Shown: one piece after another, positions 27,616 through 38,652 of the stretch
How the letters are laid out: every line of letters begins with the position of its first letter
Numbering within the stretch: the first letter of the stretch is position 1
Assembly: GCF_964188315.1 (NCBI RefSeq)
Contig: NC_135671.1
Span: 1,116,001-1,180,000 of the forward strand
Direction of reading: 5' to 3'
DNA length: 64,000 nucleotides
Source of the DNA: Podarcis muralis
Taxonomy: Eukaryota
Position numbers and translations under genes: made by a program
The notes under the pieces: generated by a model
Seen by the model: the letters and a program-made list of their open reading frames with translations, nothing else
The model's database searches: none
What the model was told of the DNA's origin: nothing

Positions 27616-28429
27616 TGCATGGCAAAGTATTGGATCCACTTTTTTATAGCCCAGTCTGTATGGTAGGCGTGCCTTCCAGGTGTGATTTGACACTGGATTT
27701 GCTGGTTATTTTTTAAAAAGTGGAGGATCCACGAGGATCCGTATAGATCCGCCTTTACCCCAGACTCTCATATATATAAGACATGCTGGGTGTTATGGCT
27801 ACGCTCATGGGATAACTCAGGGATAAGTGCATTTAGTTCATATACAGCACTACAAACTATAGACAGTCTTCAAATCAGAAATCCATTACTTGCTTTCATC
27901 ATACTTATTTTGAAGCTTTTGCTTAAAATTCACCGAAAAAGGCCAGTAGCTACTTTAAATATTTAGGAAAATATTTTTTAATGTACAAACCGAGGTTCAA
28001 AATCAATCACAAATTGTAGACCCTGAACATTCCTTCTTCAGTGTCACTGAGTTAAAGCAAAATGATTGTTTGTGCACTGTTTTGGTGGACTCAACACAGT
28101 TAAGAAACTGAAAGCACTTTTCTAAAAAGCCCCCAAACAATTGGTTGTTCCTTTGTATTGAGATCTTGTTCGTGATTAAGAGCTCCCACATTTTGCAGGT
28201 GAACTTATGCCCTTTTATCTTTAAGTTAGCTAAATTTCAGCAGCAATCAGTAACAATATAATTCAATTCCCTTCTAATTTCTGCCACAGTTTGTGTGAAG
28301 CATCAATATATAGATATATATAGATATAGATATATATAGAAATACACACATACACACACACACACAAATATATATATATATGTGTGTGTACGCCTTGCCT
28401 CCCTGTCAAATCGAAAGGCCTTTTTGACG

Positions 28430-28464
<35 letters not shown>

Positions 28465-28900
28465 TGTGTGGGAAAAGGGACCACACGAGGGTGATATATA
28501 CACGCCCCGCGCCCTTTCCCACAGCCACTTCCGACCCGCGTCTCCCCCCCCCGCTGTCAAGCACACGCGCCCCTTTCAGAAGACCCTGGGGGTTGACGAC
28601 CCGCGTCTCCCGTCAAAAAAGGCCCTTCACTTCGACAGGCAAGGCGTGCATATACATATACATACATATATATAGGCGTACATATAATATATGTGTGTGT
28701 GTGTGTGTGTGTACGCCTTGCCTGCCTGTCGAAGCGAAGGGCCTTTTTTGACGGGCTGTGTGTGTGTGGGAAAAGGGGCCACACGAGGGTGATATATACA
28801 CGCCCCGCGCCCATTCCCACGGCCACTTCCGACACGCGTCTCCCCCCCCCGCTGTCAAACCCACGCGCCCCTTTCCGAGGACCCTGGGGGTTGACGCCCC
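27421..28900. repeat. Degenerate GC-rich repeat array with inverted arms and (CA)/(TA)/(GT) microsatellites
   Basis: Unit ...cccacagccacttc(c/t)gac...gctgtcaa...ccctttc(a/c)ga(a/g)gaccct... at about 27430, 28510 and 28810; inverted arms at about 28385-28430 and 28706-28755. Confidence 0.85.
27777..28296 (+). repeat. Direct duplication (about 520 bp) of 24173-24698
   Basis: Near-identical from taagacatgctggg to gccacagtttgtgt; by eye 3 substitutions and one 6-bp indel (ccggta). Confidence 0.95.
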
Positions 28901-29046
28901 CACTCCCAAACGGCCCCCCCTCAGAATGGCGTCTCCCCTCAGAAAAGGCCCTCATATATATACACGCCGCCCCCCCCCCCCGCTCCTCCTCCTTCCCCCC
29001 TCGGGGCCCGACAGCCGCGGGTCTCCTCCTTCCCCCTCCCGGGTAC

Positions 29047-29260
29047 CTGCCAGTGGGGCGGCGGCCCGGCGGCCCCGCGACGTCCCTCTCCTGCTGCCTG
29101 GGCCCGAGGCGCGCGCGCGCCGGCGCCTCTCCCTCCTCTGCGCCGCGGAGCCGGCTGCGAAAGGCCGACCCTGCGCACGCGCCCAGAGCGCCCTTTGGCG
29201 CAGCTTCCGGCGCCGGAGTCTCCGCCCCGCCTCTTCCGCCGACGCCGCTCTCCTGCTGCG
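29047..29260 (-). other. KPNA1: Probable non-coding first exon of KPNA1
   Basis: CpG-island sequence ending in donor GCAG|gtaccc at 29047/29046. The 5' end (TSS) is approximate. Confidence 0.6.
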
Positions 29261-29302
29261 ACCCATAGACTCGCTCGCTCATAGCTCTATGGTCCCGTCG
29301 CC

Positions 29303-29439
29303 GCCTCGGAGACCCGGAAGTGGCGCTCTAGGGATGTGGAGGCGGCGGCCTCGGAGACCCGGAAGTGGCGCTCTAGGGATGTGGAGGCGGCGGCCTCGGA
29401 GACCCGGAAGTGGCGCTCTAGGGATGTGGAGGCGGCGGC
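29303..29439. repeat. Perfect 45-bp tandem repeat x3 carrying an ETS motif
   Basis: Unit gcctcggagacccggaagtggcgctctagggatgtggaggcggcg at 29303, 29348 and 29393. Confidence 0.95.
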
Positions 29440-29517
29440 TGCTCGCAGAAAGGGAATTGGGCTGGTTGAATTTCCATTCAAATGGATTTCCAAGCGGCTT
29501 GCGAGCCATAAAGGAGT

Positions 29518-29640
29518 CATTTAAGAGGAGTCTTAAATTAATTTAAGAGGAGTAATTTTAAGAGGAGTCTTAAATTAAATTTAAGAGAAAGGTCGTAAAT
29601 TAATTTAAATTTAAGAGGAATCTTAATTTAAGAGGAGTTC
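29518..29640. repeat. AT-rich degenerate minisatellite (tttaagaggagtcttaaattaa-like)
   Basis: About 5 degenerate copies of tttaagagga..; a further copy at about 29957-29985. Confidence 0.8.
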
Positions 29641-29859
29641 ACATATGGGGCAAGCTGATTGGAGATGGAAAAGAGTTCTCATTTTGGGTCTGTTTCTTAA
29701 ACTTTTGCTATGGTTTTTTTCTTCCTCATTTCGGGAGTTAAAACTAGCAGTTTCAACAAACATACTTTATCTGCTCTCTTAAATGCGCTGCTTAAAAATA
29801 GGCACCAGTGAGGTTTGGAAGATTAAACAATGCTATACTATATTTCTGCCATTCACTAG

Positions 29860-30090
<231 letters not shown>

Positions 30091-30783
30091 TAAGCTGATC
30101 ATCACAATTCCAGCCAAAGTCGCATTATATGATGAACAAAGCAGTCTAATCTCTAAGGCAGCAGCAGCCTTGGAGGAGGAGGAGGGCGCTGTGCCATGTT
30201 TGCAGGGCTGCAGGACCTTGGCGTGGCAAACAGGGAAGACCTGAAGGAGACGCTGAGCAGCTGCGCGGAGCCCCTCAAGGCCATCGAGCAGTTCCAGACC
30301 AAAAATGGCATCCTCCTGCCCACTCTTCAGTCCGCCTTGCCGTTCCTGGACCTCCACAGCACCCTCCGGCTCGAGTTCCACCAGTCTGTGTTTGACAAGC
30401 TGAGGGAGAAACTGCTGGAGAGGGTCTCAGCCGTTGCCTCTGAAGGAAAGGCTGAAGAAAGGTCCAAGCAGCTGGAAGACCTCCTGGAGAAGAGCTTTCC
30501 CTTGGTCAAGGTGCCATCACTCCAACCTGTGGTGATGTGCGTTATGCGACTCCTGCCCAAGGTGCCAGAAAAGAAGCTGAAGTTGGTGATGACTGACAAG
30601 GACCTTTACAAAGCGTACGCCGTGGAGGTGAAGCATCAGATTTGGCGGGGTAACCAGGCCCTGTTTGGTGACGAGGTGTCCCCTCTGCTGAAGTGGTACA
30701 TCCTGGAGAAGGAGAAGGCCTTGTTTAGCGGTGACCTCTCTGTCCTGCACAACTTCTTCAGCCCTACTCCCAAAATAAGGCGC

Positions 30784-31511
30784 TGTGATAGGAATTTTAT
30801 GGTCTTAGACATATGTTAAATGTTCATAAGTTTACCAACCAAGCACATACATAGATCAGCACAGGAAGACCGACCTGGAACCATTTTGATTCCCAAACTC
30901 TCCCAAAGTGACCAAATGTTTTCTCTGCAAGGTCAAAGGAAAATGGAAAAGCCTCCCCATTGTCATTTCCTTCACAAATCCTGTCATAAGGGTATGTCTG
31001 TGTTTGAATAGGGTGTGAACCGGTGACATGGCCCAGGAACTAAGTATTTATCATTACAAAAGACTAGCCAGGCTACCCAGGAAATCCAATCAAGTAACCT
31101 GCCAGACAGGAGATAAACAACAGCAGGAGAAAAACAATATTCAAATTTCTGTTTTAGACCGCCTTTTCTGTGATGTAGGTGTGATGTATCTGAGGGGTGG
31201 TCTTAGGTTACACCCCTTCTGTGATGTATGTATGATGTTTCTGGGGGTGGTCTTGATCTACAGGATGGGAATTTCAAAAGTCTTTATAAGGCCTTGCACG
31301 CCATTTTTCGGGGTTCCTCCTCTCTCCTGCGTATGAGGGGAGCACCCTGTTGCAACAGATCAATAAAGATCAGGCTTACTAGCTGCTTTGTTTCTCAATA
31401 TTCTCTGGTTGGCCTCTGTTATCTTCTCCTACCAATAGGGAACCTATGTAAGGACTCTATATGGGCTCTTGGATACCCCATAAGGGAAAAGGGCAATTTT
31501 TGTTTACAACA
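30784..31511 (+). mobile_element. Solo LTR (728 bp, ERV/Gypsy-type) inside the NELFB retrocopy
   Basis: TGT...ACA termini; 4-bp TSD gcgc (30780-30783) / gcac (31512-31515); U3 direct repeats at about 31160-31255; TATAA 31285-31289; AATAAA 31362-31367; NELFB reading resumes exactly across the insert. Confidence 0.88.
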
Positions 31512-32138
31512 GCACCAAGGAGAGGTGGTGCAGAAGCTCACCCAAATGATCGGGAAGAACGTGAAACTCTATGACATGGTGCTGCAGTTCCTGTGGACCT
31601 TGTTCCTTCGGACACGCAATGTCCATTACTGCACATTGCGGGCAGAGCTCCTCATGTCACTGCAGGACCTAGATCTCAGCGAGATCTGCTTGGTTGACCC
31701 CTGCCACAAGTTTACCTGGTGCCTGGAGGTTTGTGGACAACAAGCGAGCCCGAGAGCTGCAAGGCTTCCTCGACGGAGCGAAGAAAGGGCAAGAGCAAGT
31801 CCTGGGGGATTTAGCCATGATACTGTGTGATCCATTTGCCATCAACACCTTGGCTCTGAGCACCATCTGCCACCTGCAAGAACTGATTGGGCAGGATCTG
31901 TTACCTAGGGGGAAGCCCCAATCTTCTGCTTCTCCTGAGAATGTGGACACTGGGACAGGGAGCCTGGGACACGACTGACGGTCAGATCTTTAAGGAACCC
32001 AGAATGGAAGTAGACTTGATTACCAAGTTCCTGCCGCTGTTGATGACCTTCGTGGTGGATGACTACACATTTACCGTCGATCAGAAGCTGTGTTTGGAAG
32101 ACAAGGGACCAGCACCTTATCCCACCACAATCCCAGAT

Positions 32139-32451
32139 TGTTGTTGTTGTTGTTGTTTAGTCGTTTAGTCGTGTCCGACTCTTTGTGACCCCCTGGACCA
32201 CAGCACGCCAGGCACTCCTTTCTTCCACTGCCTCCCGCAGTTTGGTCAAACTCATGCTGGTAGCTTTGAGAACACTGTCTCACCATCTCGTCCTCTGTCG
32301 TCCCCTTCTCCTTGTGCCCTCCATCTTTCCCAACATCAGGGTCTTTTCCAGGGAGTCTTCTCTTCTCATGAGGTGGCCAAAGTCTTGGAGCCTCAGCTTA
32401 ATGATCTGTCCTTCTAGTGAGCACTCAGGGATGATTTCCTTAAGAATGGAT
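32139..32451 (-). mobile_element. 5'-truncated Bov-B (RTE) LINE
   Basis: (CAA)n tail seen as ttgttg; RTE ORF end LRLQDFGHLMRREDSLEKTLMLGKMEGTRRRGRQRTRW; TSD atcccagat at 32130-32138 and 32485-32493. Confidence 0.9.
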
Positions 32452-34034
32452 ATATAAATATATCCTATATATATCCCAAAATATATCCCAGATATATTTC
32501 CCAAATTTCTGCAAGAGCACTGGATCGCCTGCCAGATTGGGCTCTACTACGTGCTTCACATCACTAAGCAGAGCAACAAGAACACTCTTCTCCGGCTGCT
32601 CCCCACCCTGAGGGAGACATTCAGGGATCTGGCCTTCAGTGACATCTTCCTGCATCTGCTCACCTGCAACCTCATTCTCCTCAGCGATGAGTTCACTCAA
32701 GAGGAGTTCTGCACTAGCCTTTTGGATGACTTCCTCCTCACCACCTGCTGGAGGAAGGAGAATGTGCATAGACACATGCTGAGGCTCCTGCTTCACCTCC
32801 ACCAAAAAGTGACACCTGCCAAGTTGGAGTCCCTGCTGAAGTCACTGGAGCCTCCCAAGCACGGTGGAGAAGCCTTGAAGGAGCTTTACAACCAGCAAAA
32901 AACTGGAACTCCGCAAGCCCAGCCCTGTCCAGGACACAGCCGACACACCCACTGTGGACTTGCCCCGGTCAGCAGTGGCCCCACTGACCTCACTCCAGGC
33001 TGCGCTCCCCCTGAGCCTGTAGAACAAAGTTTCTTGTGTTGATCTCACAGCAGAGATCAGACCCACGTCTTGATTCCTGATACAAACCAGTCATAATCTT
33101 TTGCCTGTCTTTCGGACTTGGGTTGCCTCATCTCATCTGGCCTGTTGCCCTAGAAGACAGCTCTGCCCTCAAGAGTGGTCTTCTGGGGCAAATTTGATAG
33201 AGCTGTTCTTATTAAAATAAGAAAACTGCCTTTAGTCCCTGTCAGGGAAAAAGTGGGGGTATAAAGAAATAAAAATATAATAATAGTAATAATAATAATG
33301 AACTTGGTTTTCTGGGGGGAAAGGAAACTGACCATATTATGTACGTTTTTTAAAACAAACAAACCCCTAAGTGTTCTTTTAGATGTTCGCATATAGAGAA
33401 GCCTAGTAATTTAATGAGAATGAATTATTTGTGAAGCTTGGCTTTTTTGGAGAGGACACTGAAATAATGTTTCAGAGGCTGTCAAAACAACAAGAACAAC
33501 AACACCATTAACAAAATAACTAAATTCCACATGTAATTTACATGTTGTACCATGTACAATGTACTTTCATTTTTTTAGTTTATTCTTTTTACTTCTTAAA
33601 GGGTTGGGTTCATATAATCGTAGAATGTTAGAGTTAGAAGAGATCCATGGGAAATTTACTCAGAATCGCCATTCTGTTTGTTTTTAAATTCTTCCTTCAA
33701 TGAAAAAGTTCCTGGTTCTTTAAGAATTTGCAAGCCCCAAAGGTTTTTGCAATAATTTTTCGGTTCTTTGCATGAGTTTCTAATTTCATGTTTTTCATAA
33801 ATGTTGACATTTCTCCTAAATAACTGAGTCACTAGGTGCATTCCTCATAGAATTGTAGAGTTGGAAGGGATGGGTCATCGAATCTAACTCCCTGCAATGC
33901 AGGAATCTCAAAACATGGTCCCCCATCCAATTTGAGACCATGCCAGCCCCTGCTTAGCTTTGCAAATGGGCTAGCAAGTGGCTGCAGGAAGCACACGAGG
34001 AACTGCTTGTGGTCAAACAAGGTGGGCAGGTGGG

Positions 34035-34765
34035 TAATAATAATAATAATAATAATTTATTATTTATACCCTGACCATCTGGCTGAGTTTCCCCAGCCAC
34101 TCTGGGCGGCTCCCAATCAAGTGTTAAAAACAGTACAGCGTTACATATTAAAAACCTCCCTAAACAGGGCTGCCTTAAGATGTCTTCTGAATGTCAGGTA
34201 GTTGTTTATCTCTTTGACATCTGGTGGGAGGGCGTTCCACAGTGCGGGTGCCACTACTGAGAAGGCCCTCTGTCTCGTTCCCTGTAACCTCACTTCTCAC
34301 AATGAGGGAACCACCAGAAGGCCCTCGGCGCTGGATCTCAGTGTCTGGGCTGAACGATGGGGGTGGAGACGCTCCTTCAGGTCTACTGGGCCGAGGCCGT
34401 TTAGGGCTTTAAAGGTCAACACCAACACTTTGAATCGTGCTCGGAAACGTACTGGGAGCCAATGCAGATCTCTCAGAACCGGTGTTATGTGGTCCCAGCA
34501 GCCTCTCCCAGCCACCAGTCTAGCTGCCGCATTCTGGATTAATTGCAGTTTCCTGGTCACCTTCAAAGGTCGCCCCACGTAGAGCGCATTGCAGTAGTCC
34601 AAGCGGGAGATAACCAGAGCATGCACCACTCTGGCCAGACAGTCTGTGGGCAGATAGGGTCTCAGCCTGCGTACCAGATGGAGCTGGTAGACAGCTGCCC
34701 TGGACACAGAGTTAACCTGCGCCTCCATGGACAGCTGTGAGTCCAAAATGACTCCCAGGCTGTGG
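34035..34765 (-). mobile_element. LINE-2 3' fragment
   Basis: Translated LGVILDSQLSMEAQVNSVSRAAVYQLHLVRRLRPYL...SRLDYCNALY...LHWLP (L2 ORF2 C-terminus); (TAA)n tail. Confidence 0.9.
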
Positions 34766-35405
34766 CCCTGGAATTTCTTCCTGCTCACGGAAGCACATTA
34801 AAATCTTTATGCTACATAAATGGAGGCTGATAATGTTTTGCCATGAGTGTATTGCTCACACTGGCTTAATTCAGACAACTCTAATTAACTAATTACATTA
34901 TTAGTAACACACATATCAGCTGAAAGTCTTCAAGGTGGCAACAAGACGACACAACGTTACAAAATAATACATGCTCTCCCTTATAATACTTGTTCAGTTA
35001 CTTGTTCAGTGCTAATTATAATTTGCCACCATGACCCTTCAGTCGGCAAATTACGTTTACTCCAAACTAGAAACATTCTCCAACCATAGTTCTGAATTCT
35101 GGTTAGTGTTTCCCATTTTGGATCCCATGGCAAACTATGGGCATGTCAAAGACATGGAGAAAGAAGCTGCCCTGAAGCCTGCAGTTCATCGTCAGGCTAT
35201 GACAGAAGGTTTATCTTAATTGCGCCACTCTTTGCTACGAACCACACAAGTTGTCTTTTAACCTTGCAGAGATTGTGGAAGTCATCAGTATTTTTACATT
35301 TTCAGTGCAGAAAACTAATATCCCGCATCGGATAAAGAGATACTCATTAGCTTTAATGCAAAAGGGGGGGGGGGGATAAATAAAGTCAGAGTATTTCATA
35401 TAGGC

Positions 35406-35760
35406 GGGACACGGGTGGCGCTGTGGGTTAAACCACAGAGCCTAGGACTTGCCGATCAGAAGGTTGGCAGTTCGAATCCCTGCGACGGGGTGAGCTCCCG
35501 TTGCTCGGTCCCTGCTCCTGCCAACCTAGCAGTTCGAAAGCACACCAAAGTGCAAGTAGATAGATAGGTACCACTCCGGCGGGAAGGTAAACATCATTTC
35601 CATGCGCTGCTCTGGTTTGCCAGAAGCGGCTTAGTCATGCTGGCCACATGACCCGGAAGCTGTACGCCAGCTCCCTCGGCCTCTAGAGCGAGATGAGCGC
35701 CGCAACCCCAGAGTCGGCCATGACTGGACCTAATGGTCAGGGGTCCCTCTACCTTTACCC
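35406..35760 (+). mobile_element. Sauria-type SINE
   Basis: Full length; 13-bp TSD atttcatataggc at 35393-35405 and 35761-35773. Confidence 0.92.
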
Positions 35761-38246
35761 ATTTCATATAGGCAGCATGAGGAGGAAGATGCTGAAGGGA
35801 TGTAAAACTTATTTCCTCAGTAAGAAAGAAGACTTCATTGCCAAGCATATGCCATGCAGAGAATGTTTTTGTACTGAGATGTGAATCAGCTGTTCTGCTC
35901 AAGCTCTGTTAAACAGCACAGCATCAATGACAGTTAAAATAAATATTGTGGAAGGGCAACATTCTGTAAATTGAACCATGCTGCCGAGTGCACCAGTTTT
36001 ATTTTTAACAGCTGAGGCCACTTGTGTGCATTTCAGGGTGTGTTTTTTTACCTCCCCTGCCTCCTCAGATTTCCTCCTCCTTCGTTCTGCTGCTCCCACC
36101 CATCTCTGCTCCACCTCACTTCAACTCAGCCTGAAAAACCCAAGAGACCATTTATTTGGGGTACAGGAAAAAAAGAGACTGCATGCTGAGGGTAAGGCTT
36201 TAAAACGAAAACCTGTTTTGGAATCAAAGCTGAAAGGTGAATGCTATATTATCATGCCAGAGTTAGGAATGAAAAACATTAACATGTATAATAATAAGGG
36301 GGGGGAGTGTGTCGCAGCCAGTTATGCAAAGTGTTTAAAGTACTGATAAATGTTAGACTCTCCTCTTGATATTCTGTTAAACTGGGAATGCTAGAGAGGT
36401 GCTGAGCTCCGTGAGCTCGTGTTTTCCTGTGTTTGCACAGCCTGTGTGCAGGATTGCAGCTTTATAGTCTTTATTGCTTCTTTGCATTCCAAAAGACAGT
36501 GGGATTAATCGGAGGCTGTCACCTTCAATGCCAGGGCTCATCCTTGCAAAATATGAACCAATAATGGAGGAGGAGGCTCTGTGCAGGTGCAGAGTTCATT
36601 TTCCTTTCTACTTAAATAACCACAGGTTGCTCTCATGCGCATCTAGAACGGGCTTCTAGGTTACAGAGTAGTTTCAGAAAGCTAGCACCAAAGAGCTCAG
36701 CTATTAATATCCTAAATTCGTGATCAAGGTCAGTTCCAAAAAACAAGCATGGGTCCCTTTTGAGAGGACTAGTCTCTGAAATCAGTTACAGCAGGGCAGA
36801 TCTGAAACTTCAGAATTAGCTGAGATCTAATCATGAGAGTGCCTCTAATCAGGAATTTTCAGCAGGTTCTGTGAAGCAGAAGGCGGGGAAGAGCTTTGAG
36901 ATGTTAAAAAAAAAAAAGAATTTAGAAGATGGAAGAACAAACGATAGCACAGAGCTGACAGTATTATCACGAATATTGCAAACAACTGCCATGTGGTTTT
37001 GACATGAAAACCCTTATAAAAAGTAATAGATACTCCCCAAACCAGTAGCTCTCAAGTCCCTCCCCTCCCCAGGAATAGCCAAGATTCTTGTAACCTCTTA
37101 TTCAAGGATCTATTTATCTATAGTTTGTCTATAGCTAACTCTCAGAATAGGAAACTACATTGAAAGCTTTTATGCTTCCCTTCACTTAAAAAATGTCCAG
37201 GGCAGTTTACAATAGCTCATTAAACACAACAAAACACCAATAATCAATATAAAGTGTCCACAGCGGTGACTTTTTTTCTGTGATGGCTTTGAACACATCT
37301 CAGAGCAATCAATACTGTTCTGCTGTGCTCTGCTGAAATGAGCAGGAAGGGTTTGCCTTCCAGCCAAGGGTGATTAGTTGTGTTGTGGCTTTTTATTTTT
37401 ATTTTGTAAACTGGCACCCTGCCCTCCCTCCCAGGGCAGCAAATGTCAAAATGTTAAAACAGTACGATTAAAAAACAACAACAGATTTAACACATTAAAA
37501 AAACTAATTAGAACATCTTAAAGCAGACTCATACCCTCATAAGTACTATATTAATTTCACTGTGGCCATGACCAGTATCTATCAGCCATCAGACGCCTGC
37601 GTAAACAGGAATGTTTTGAAATTTCTCTTAAAAGTCGATAATGTAGGAGACAGGCGCACCTTATCTGGTTTCACAAACAGGGACCCACCACTGAGAAGGC
37701 CCTGTCACAGATCAGCGCCAACCAGGCAGCTTCCAGGCACAACAGTGGTGGCGCAAGATAGTTGAAATGGGGGGAGCTGCTGCTTTGGGTCCTTGGGTCC
37801 CAATCCATTTAGGCTGCCCCACCTACCAACTTAACAGCCACATTCTGCACAAGCTGTAACCTCTGGGTCATTCTCAAGGGCAGCCCCATGTAGAGAACTT
37901 TGCAGTAGTCTAAGCAGGAGGCCACCGCAGCAAGGACCTAGAGGCCAAGCTATCCCAGTCCAGGAAAGGCCAGTGACAGGTTGGAATTTAGTACTCCCAG
38001 ATGACAAACCTGCTCTTTCAGGGGAAATATACAGGTCGTACAGCCATCTTCCAGACACCCACTAAAACTATAAACCCCCAGCCAGCCTTTTCCTCCTTCC
38101 AGACACTGGTCTAACATTTTCACAGTCTCTCCTGATTCAGATGGTATGAAGAGACAGAGCTATGTGTCTTCAGCATACTGATGGATTGTGGTCCAAATTC
38201 CTGGATAACAGCTCCCAACAGACTCACATAGATGTTAAATGGCATA

Positions 38247-38540
38247 GTAATAATAATAATAATAGTAATTTATTATTTGTGCCCCGCCCATCTGGCTGGG
38301 TTTCCTAGCATAGGAGATAGGAGGGACTCTTGCAAGACCGCACAGCTCAAAAGCTTCAGGGCCGAGCAACCATCTCCTCCTCCTCCTTCTCTTTCCTGGG
38401 GACAACCCTGCAAGGAGGAGTGGAACCACTGTACTACACTGCCTCCAAGTCCTATTCCTTCAAGGAGGCGGTCTACAGCAGAAATCCTGTCTGCCAGGAT
38501 ATCTAATAATGGTCGATGATTGCAGTAACTGGGCAGTCTG
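38247..38540 (-). mobile_element. Degraded L2 fragments (3' tail joined to an RT segment)
   Basis: GIGLGGSVVQWFHSSLQG...LSCAVLQESLLSPML resembles L2 RT; (TAA)n tail at 38247-38270. Confidence 0.65.
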
Positions 38541-38597
38541 GCCATTCTTTTATGATTGTTAATACTTCAGTTCCTGAGTCCAGGTCACAGGCTCACC

Positions 38598-38652
38598 TTG
38601 TTGTTGTTGTTGTTGTTGAGTCGTGTCCGACTCTTCGTGACCCCATGGTCCA
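38598..38652 (-). mobile_element. Short Bov-B 3' tail fragment
   Basis: (ttg)n followed by gagtcgtgtccgactcttcgtgaccccatgg, matching the other Bov-B ends. Confidence 0.7.

Larger units (their letters stand above)
28490..29450 (-). promoter_or_regulatory. CpG island / TATA-less promoter of KPNA1
   Basis: Very high GC and CpG content; NRF1-like TGCGCACGCGC (29172-29182); ETS cores CTTCCGG (about 29204-29210) and three CCGGAAGTG in the 45-bp repeat; GC boxes. Confidence 0.85.
30196..33022 (+). pseudogene. NELFB: Processed (intronless) NELFB/COBRA1 retrocopy, disrupted
   Basis: MFAGLQDLGVANREDLKETL...PTPKIRR (30196-30783), QGEVVQKLTQMIGKNVKLYDMVLQF... (from 31516), ...FVDNKRARELQGFLDG..., ...KFLQE...LYYVLHITKQ...RKPSPVQDTADTPTVDLP...PLSL-TAG (33020-33022). 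No introns. Solo LTR and Bov-B insertions, plus frameshifts near 31727, 31908 and 32895. Confidence 0.93.

Noticed and set aside
24399-28191. Two identical 62-aa ORFs (24399-24587 and 28003-28191) as duplicated genes
   Set aside because: Explained by the 520-bp intronic duplication; no coding features.
29303-29439. 45-bp direct repeats as a CRISPR array
   Set aside because: Contiguous repeats with no spacers, in vertebrate DNA, and no cas genes.
28557-29546. Overlapping long ORFs (191-262 aa) on both strands
   Set aside because: They are by-products of the stop-poor GC-rich CpG island and repeats; low-complexity R/P/A/G content with no recognisable domain.
37010-37025. TATAAAAAG as the FBXO40 core promoter
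   Set aside because: Isolated motif with no downstream donor identified; not enough to call.
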